From Trichoplax adhaerens (lineage: Eukaryota > Animalia > Placozoa): a stretch of 64,000 bases of DNA. This document shows, piece after piece, positions 56,301-64,000 of this stretch. The translations under genes and the position numbers were made by a program. The notes under the pieces are model-generated. The model was given only the letters and a program-made list of their open reading frames with translations, made no database searches and was not told where the DNA came from. The stretch covers positions 62,001 through 126,000 of the forward strand of contig NW_002060956.1 in the NCBI RefSeq assembly GCF_000150275.1, given 5' to 3'. The first letter of the stretch is position 1, and every line of letters starts with the position of its first letter.

Positions 56301-57177
56301 CTTGCCATGACTGTAAGTGTATCAGTCAAGAATGATGAAGAATCTCTGATATAGCCGGAGTTGATGCTAGACATAATATCAATCCAATCAGTTGTAGATG
56401 ATATTGATTCTGAATTACTGTTTCCAGTGGAAGATATAACAGAATAATACTCTGAAGGTAAATGTTGATATCCACTCGTTATAGTAGTACTAGAACTCAA
56501 TTTGAATAGTAAATTGGATGATAATGATAGATCTTCCATTAGATAATTCGCGGAAGTATCACTACCTAGATTACTGAATGTAATAGTAACCTGCTCTGTG
56601 AATAAATCATGATATATACTTATCACCGAATCGCTAGAGGTAAATTCGAATAACTGATCTAATGATGACGATGGTGCATGGTTGATTGAACTAGTAGCAA
56701 GATCATTGCTATCTTTTGCGGCGGAAGTAGTCAGCGAAGAAGAGGATGATACAACGTTTGATATTGGAGGTCTTTCACAAAAGTATCGAAATCTATTAGT
56801 GCAACGGTAATCACGCCAAGTGAATTCTGATGAAATAAAAGACTTAACCACAGCTACACATCGATATGACGACAGACTAGGATAGCCATTCTTCCAAAAT
56901 TGCGAACCACTTGTCACATTTTGGCCATTTAGCAGCCATTGATAATCACTTAATACATTATTGCCCTGTAGATCCTTTAGCCCAATCCATCGAAAATTCA
57001 TAGTTCCAGTGGCCAAATTGTTTAAACCTTCATGAATTTCTATCGTATTATCAACAGCTAAATCGCCACCGGGAAATTTTTGGCAATCTGCTCGAGCATC
57101 ATCAAAGTTTTTCCAAGACCAGTAGTTGCTGTAGAAACAACGATTGCCTAACAGTGTCCAACCTGCTTCACATTGAC
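47400..57177 (-). CDS. Adhesion GPCR gene 3 (CTLD - very long Ser/Thr stalk - GAIN/GPS - 7TM), ~1500 aa; signal-peptide exons lie further right
   Basis: Exons: 54637-57177 CTLD and stalk (847 codons); 54243-54383; 53308-53381; GAIN exons ~52812 to 51374; GPS 51173-51284; TM1 ~50802-50908; TM2 ~50358-50460 (FIHLNL); TM3 ~50048-50204; TM6-7 ~48576-48702; last exon 47400-47478 ending KIDDC*. Confidence 0.88.
51173..51411 (-). other. GPS motif and Stachel exons of gene 3
   Basis: YQCVYWERG | SNCWSDYGLVLKSSNSTIIRCMTNHF/TSFAVIMQGSK. Confidence 0.9.
56765..57177 (-). other. C-type lectin-like domain of gene 3
   Basis: CEAGW...RCF...FDDARADC...RWIGLKD...YQW...CV...WRDYRC...YFC. Confidence 0.9.
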
Positions 57178-60100
57178 CTACAAGATATATTATATTCGAA
57201 TTAAAGGCATAAAGAGAAACAGCTTGATACAGATAATTTATTAATCCGATTTTCATCTAATCGCTCTTATTATAATGCTACCTTCAACTTTCAGTATTGT
57301 CCAAGTTGCGGAAATAATCTAAATTATGAAATTGTATATATATACTATAAATTAGTCTGCATACCATTGTAATTTCAAGCAGAATAAATTGAATTTTGGT
57401 GTTTGTTTTCTCAGCGCTAAGAAATGAATTTACCCTGCGAATCGTTACAATTTCGAGCAGAATAAGTTCGTTTTTTTTGTTCATTTTCTAAGCGCTAAGA
57501 CATGCATTTACTTTTATTACAGTTACTAATTAAAACTGTCTATAGCCCGAAATTGTGATGATATCTTTCTTCCATCGGGCTTTAGCCGGCTAGTACGTAT
57601 AATAGCCGTCTATTAAGCATACCAACCGAGATCGGGTTTTAGCCGGAACATTTATACTATTTATATATCAAATAGCATTAAGGAAAGAAAGTAATCTATC
57701 GTATCGATGACCTGTTAAATTGTTACGGTGTGACTTTTTAAAGAGAAAATTTTATGTTTATAACACTATAATTTAGTTCATTTTTCAGTAACACTTGGGC
57801 TTATAATTTATTAAGGAAAGATACAGTTACTACTCTGAACTACTAGAAATTACTATGTAGTAATTTCTATGCAGTAACGTCAATGGCTACTGTGCACCCT
57901 TCTGATAATGAAAAATTGTCAGTATTTTGAGTGGGCAATTGTCAATGAGGATAAGCCTGACAATAGGCTCGTAATAGTTTAATTTTTTATTATAAATTTC
58001 GATTGATAAATGATTATATCTCTTAGAAGAAAGGAGCAATTTACGCTTAATTTTCACCAATATCACTCTATTTTGTTTTTTACTACCCTGAAGTAATTAG
58101 TAAATAATGCTGATTCTAAATTATCTAAGTACGTTAATTATTCTTTATTTCAATTAAATTACTGGCATTATAGTATATTACTAAATAATACTTTATAAAG
58201 CTTTAGCATCGGTAATATTTTGGAGTGTATAATAAATATCTTAATAGTAGATAAAATCGTTATTAGTAACACAAGTCGTAAGAAGGAAACCTGAATCACA
58301 AAAGTAATATCTTCTCATCATGAAATTGCTGAATTTCTTTTATATCAGCTTAATAAAGCTAGTTATTTAATAGAAAACTTTTATCAATTACGAAATAAAT
58401 CTTTTTGGATTACAATGGATTTTTAAGGTGAAATCAAGTAGAATTCAGGATTGCTCTTATTAAATTATAATTAATTGCTCGTGTAAAATAGCACTTTTGC
58501 ACAAAGGGACATAATATGATCGCAAATAGGGCTGCATTTCTCTTGTTCTAAATTATTGCACGTCGAAAAAAAAGATGCCAATCACGTCTACGGGACCTGC
58601 AATGTTTTTGTCAATAATATTTGTTACTCTACTCTCACCCGATATTTAAAATAATAACTTGCGACATGATTCGCATTATGAAAAAACTGCTTGAATCATA
58701 ATATTGTATTGAGGCTGAAGTAGTAATGATTCCTTTAGTATTTAGCAATAATTCTACTTCTACTTTACTAACGGTAGCTTGATATCGTTACAGACTATCA
58801 TTGTTCTTTCGCGAGATTCAATTTAAAAGAATTAAATTAATCGTCAAAGATATCTCTTGATTCGTTAAATTTTTTATCCGCAGTAATGAAACTAACAGTT
58901 CAACAGATTACACGAATAACGGAAGTACTCCTACGATTCCAGTACTTTAAATAAAATAGTTTTAAAGCTTTTATAGTAACCTATCCATTAATACAAAATT
59001 ATTAGTTACGGTATCTATTGGTGCAGTAAAGTTGACAAATAGATGTTATAGTTTTACTTAATTCAATCACTTAGACGTGATTTGTTAACTTACATCATCA
59101 TATGCACATAAATATAAATTTATTGTCATTAATAAATTTAAAGAGCTAAATCAATATTTGTAATCTACGTATATCAATCATAATAAATTTTCTAGTCAAT
59201 ATTGCACCAGCTATTAAATCATAATGTATGGGTTACTTCTATATCGAAACCGAAAAGGAATAAGAGAAATTGATGTAGATAAGTTATAAAAGACATTTAC
59301 TACTTTATAGCAGTATAATAGTGTTTAGAATAATCTCAGTGCAAGTTTATACAACCTTCTACATTAATTTTCGAATATTTTATTTATTTTTTTAACGATT
59401 AGATGGATTAAGCATTTATTATATGTGCGCGATAAATTAATCTTTTTTCGGATGATTAATATTTTACCAACTCCATTTCTAGATTAGTTACTTGCTACTA
59501 CAAACATGAACTAGCCTACCTACCGTGTGTTTTCTACGATAAAGTTTATATAAATGTTTTTTTTGTTCAATTGATTTTTCTCTTCACCTGGAATTAAGAT
59601 CCTGTTACGTGATTTATTCAATCATTACAATAAATAATTATTTAACTACGTTGCATACAAACGTAATTAACTCCTTAAAGTACATTTTATCTTATTAAAG
59701 AATGTCATCAATAGTACTATATTCTATTATGAGTTCAAGATATGCTAGTACCACCATAGGTTATTGAGATATAGTGATTATAAGCGATTTCACGGTCGCT
59801 TTGTATTCTCAATTATTACCTACCGTATAAAGTTTACAGTAACCGAAGTAACAACGCAACGTTCTAACAGGGGGTAATAAACACAATGGGAATTTTTACA
59901 AAAAGCGTTGAATATGTAGACGTATGAGTACAATAAATGTAGTCTTTACAGTTTACGTAAATTTCCATAGAGCCGCTAAAGTAAACAAAATGAGTCATAA
60001 ATACTAAACATAGCTAAATCTGGTAGCTAAGTAGCTTAGTTTTAAATAAAGTGTTTAATATTCTTCATTCTGTAGCTCTATAATATTGTTAAGGACTTAT

Positions 60101-61352
60101 TTAAATTTATCCGATTCAATCGTAAATTAAATTGAACAGTGAGCTTATCCAAAATCTCTCTATACTTATTAGGTGATACAAAACTATATCATGTTAAATT
60201 TCCGAGTAAAAATCCGTTATAAAGCGAAATAATAAAAAATGAGTCTTCCTCACTGATACAAAACATTCATTGATTTTTAATGAAGTAAAGATCAAAATTT
60301 TTATTACCTATTCTTAGTACAGTCGCAGAATTGCCCTCTAAATGTTACTTAATAGTGAATAATTATTTGTCATGGATATAAGCAATTTTTTAAACCTAGT
60401 CTTTGCCTTACAGAAAGGATAATCATGATAGTCAATTTAGCAATAAAGTACCGGTAAATGCTAGAGTATTATACGATAGTCTATTATTTTGATTTTAAAA
60501 CCGATTCTATAAATCGCTTAAGATTGCGAATCACCCGAATCTGGTGGCTTAATTAAGAGTTGCCTCGTAATGGGCTCACTATTTGACTATAAGTTAAATC
60601 GCTAGATAAATCAAATAAAACAGTATATCGGAAATATAAACCAACAAATATCTGTACATAATCTCTTAATTTGATATTTTGATTTTAAAATAGATATTAC
60701 TATCGCTTACAAGATTGCAATTGTAGCAATAGCTAAAAACTCGCTCAAAACTTTTGCTAAGTGTTCCCGATGTAGGATCATGTTGAAGTATAAGTTTATT
60801 GTGTTGTTTTGTAGATAAAGCTAGAGCCCCAAGTTTAATGAAGTGAGTAATAATGATTAGTCAAAATCTGGTTAAATTAAATAATCTTTTTATGGTGTTG
60901 TATATTACTGAACTTGCCGTTCAGAAATAGTAGACCATGTTCATGTGAGCTACATTATTGTCTATGTGAAATACAATTTCAGAAGCATCCCTCGTCAACC
61001 CAGTAACTGTGAAATTGCCAAAAAATAGCTACTTTGAATAACAATACCTGGTTATCAAAGGCCTAAATATTCAAGTATAGAGTAGAAAACTACGGATATA
61101 ATTAGTTAATTTAATGTAATAAATCATAAGTATATATGTTATGTTATATATAAAGAACGAAAATAGACTAAATTATAATTATAAAAGAACAGAATTTTTC
61201 ATTCCTTTATCATCCTATTTAAACAATAATACTTCGAAAAAATGATAGTCTACATTTGTCTAGATGTCATAGCGATTACAATCAAAGAAAAGGTACCGTA
61301 ATTAAAATATGGAAAAGTAATAATCTAAATACATTTTACTATTAATACTTAC

Positions 61353-61379
61353 CAAAATAGAAATTACGGTAAAATGCAT
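61353..61379 (-). CDS. Candidate first coding exon of gene 3 (MHFTVISIL)
   Basis: Ends ATTTTG|GTAAGT like exon 1 of gene 1 (ATTTTG|GTAAGT) and gene 2 (ATTTTG|GTAATT). An in-frame upstream ATG lies at 61418. The linking phase 0-1 exon 2 was not found. Confidence 0.45.
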
Positions 61380-61687
61380 AACTCCTAAATGGCTTCCTAA
61401 TCCCTGTGATACAATCATCCACACACTTCAGAAAATCATACTGGTAAAATTGGATACCAATTTTAAATTAAGAAATTAAACGTAACATTCATTCATAGAT
61501 ATTTTACTTACTTGAATCAAAAGTATTACCAGTTTAAGACAAAAATTGCAGAAAAACCAAAAAGCAATCCTGCTTTCAGTATTACACTTACTTCAATATT
61601 ATGATGTTGATTCGATAGAACTTCGCGTAGACTCTTTTTTCGCCAAAGAGTTATCCTAACGAAAGATTAATAAAAAATTAACCTGAC

Positions 61688-62128
61688 TGTCACGGTACGA
61701 ACTACCGTAAAGAAATAGTTATCTACATTTGGTTAATATAATATAGTGATAATATATTACATCTAGTTCCTTACAATAGGAATTACTCTAATTATAAATG
61801 TGTTACCGTAAATTTAATGCTGTGCTGTAATGTGTACTGAAATGATTCTGTGAATTGACATATTGTAGTCCGACTGTGAAAAACTAGTTAGTAGATGCTC
61901 TTACCTAAGTATTTTTATAAGATAACTTGTGAATGTTAGCTGCTGTAGAAGGGTATATAAGCCCGTCAAATAGTTGAATAAAGCAGTTCTCAATTGCATA
62001 GTTGTTTTAACGTAGAAGCAAAGGCGTCTAAATTCTTGTGAGGTAGTTAAGGGATACTGAATCCCGGGGACTATAGTAATTTAGAGATTTGTTTTACGTT
62101 ACCCTTGTCACGAAGCTGGTTTGTGATA
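61688..62128 (+). mobile_element. Solo LTR, family A
   Basis: TGTCAC...GTGATA termini with perfect TSD CTGAC. Inverted copy of 1303-1738. GGGTATATAAG ~61951 and AATAAA ~61977. Confidence 0.9.
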
Positions 62129-64000
62129 CTGACAAATAAATATTGATCTCCAGGATGTATCATTATTTTTTTAAGTTTGGACATAATATTTTGTTGCTAC
62201 GTAAATGGAAATCGATTCGGTAGCTTCGTAATTCAAAACTTGACCTAGTTTTATTTCGCTGAGATATCTTAATTTACTAAATCGATGGTAGTACTAGTAA
62301 TTGTTTACGAATTATTTAATCTACCAACAACGAATCATTATCGATAAAAAAGCTGCTCAACTAGAGTAGAATATATTACGATTAGTACCATATAAAAATT
62401 TCTCTGGTTAAAATTTATGAAAAAATATTAAAAGAAATGATTGCTAACATAAAATTATAAACAATTTAGCCTATTGCTAATTACGTCAGGCCGTTAATTG
62501 TATAAAGAGATAGTCCATATAATAAATTACTACCGTTTGATACTACTCTCTTCATAAGCAAGACCACACTGTTGTGCAAAAATTCAATTCAGTTTACAAT
62601 TAGTAGAAATAAAATATTACTGTAAAGATCAAACTACTAGCAGCGATAGGAGTTCTCTAAGCAAAATTTGCGTTCAGTATTGGAATACAAGATAGGGTGC
62701 CGTAATACAATTTTACTGTTAAATACCTATTATTTTTTGTTACGATACGATTACACAAAATTGTAAGAAATTTAGACTGTAACTATACAAGCTGTCCATA
62801 AGGATCGGAAAGTTATATTTTACTAAAAGGTTTATTTGTTTGACGGATCAGCTCACTGCTATAAATTTTGGATAGCTAATTAGATCATATTACGTGTCAT
62901 AGAATTTTCAAGTGAGCAAAAGGCGAGGTAAAATTTACCAGGGAGTGTTTGCTCTTAGACGGACTTAACTTCTGCTATAAAAAATTAAAAATTACAACCC
63001 ATTCAATCCATTTCAATGAAATATGAATTACTATGAATTACTGGAATACATTAATTCATCAACGGTAAAAAAATGCGTCAATTAGATCAGGTCAGCAATC
63101 ATCTAGAATCCAAACTTAATGAAAAATATTGCTATATTAGCAGTTTCTATATACGAGTAGATCCTAAAATTGCTATAAAAACTATAATATTTCTTCATTA
63201 TAATAAAAGTATTAATATAAATTTAGAAGGATTTTACTGATTAACAGATCCCATTGTCGATATAAAAACTACGGCTTTTTTAATTAGATCCAATATCAGA
63301 TAAATGCTACTTATAAAATTAGTCTATTGCTGATGAAGACGATCAGTTAAAGTATGAAAAAGCTTATTAGTAATCGATATATTAAGTTACCTTGATAGTA
63401 AACGGTTTACATCGTACGAGTATAATCAAAAGTTTCTTAAATATATCTTACCAGGCAGAAAATCAATTGCTATCAATGAACTTAAAGACTCTGGCTAAAA
63501 CACCTAATCTTCTTCTTGTATATGTCATGTATTAGTCAAACACCCAGCTCGCGATACTTCGCATACTCGTTTACTGATCATAATGTTTCAGTATATGTTT
63601 AATATAATACTTTTGAAAAGCTGTCTACCTGTCTGTTATGCTTACATTTCACCGAGCATGATCAGTCTTTGAAATCTGAACTCACAATGATTTTTTTCTT
63701 AATTTTGATAATAGAATAGACACTATTTAAGATGATATCTTTATGTAAAAAGGTGCTAAAAATGACGAACTATTCCTGTTCACTGTGAACAGATATTAAT
63801 AGCTAGCTAAAAAAATAATCCCGTAACATTAATACGGTTAAATCATAATTTTACTCACAAAAAACTGACTATGCATCTATGTCCTTGGGTACACGACCTC
63901 TTCACTGAATTCTTTTCGTATTAGAATAGACACTGCCGATATTTTAGCATAAATAACCATCGATCGGTAACAGTTTGCTAATAGAATTTCCAAAATCAAA

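Noticed and set aside
57178-57256. ORF-track start MKIGLINYLYQ... as the gene 3 N-terminus (likewise the ORF starts at 20546 and 38806)
   Set aside because: A paralogous phase-1 acceptor precedes the CTLD in all genes, so these extensions are most likely intronic or internal. Use of this ATG in gene 3 cannot be fully excluded.
57540-57650. GC-rich motif atcgggy-tttagccgg occurring twice
   Set aside because: Too short and without termini or TSD to classify.
62930-63500. Exon-like AG...GT segments on the minus strand (~62938-62973, ~63452-63494)
   Set aside because: They cannot be joined into a consistent frame or recognisable protein. They may be UTR exons or a neighbouring gene.

Overview
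AT-rich, intron-rich eukaryotic (animal) DNA. The compact GT-AG introns and low GC suggest a placozoan such as Trichoplax, but this is inference only. By manual splicing, the window holds a head-to-tail, minus-strand tandem array of adhesion GPCR genes. Their architecture is signal peptide, C-type lectin-like domain (CTLD), long Ser/Thr mucin stalk, compact GAIN domain with GPS, class-B 7TM and cytoplasmic tail. Genes 1 (10347-22631) and 2 (28849-40812) appear intact. Gene 3 (47400-57177) has open reading frames throughout but its signal-peptide exons are unresolved. A truncated pseudogene (4465-7017) is a sister copy of gene 2 inside a segmental duplication (about 300-9507 vs 23800-44247). 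The paralogues share a conserved 7TM and tethered-agonist sequence but differ in CTLD ligand loops, stalk repeats and C-termini (VTHL, VSHH, IDDC). All three have a non-canonical GPS with HF|T and loss of both cysteines of one disulfide. Spacers and introns carry about a dozen solo-LTR-like TG...CA elements, most with 5-bp target-site duplications and some nested, plus two short Helitron-like elements. Exon coordinates were read by eye and may be off by a few bases.
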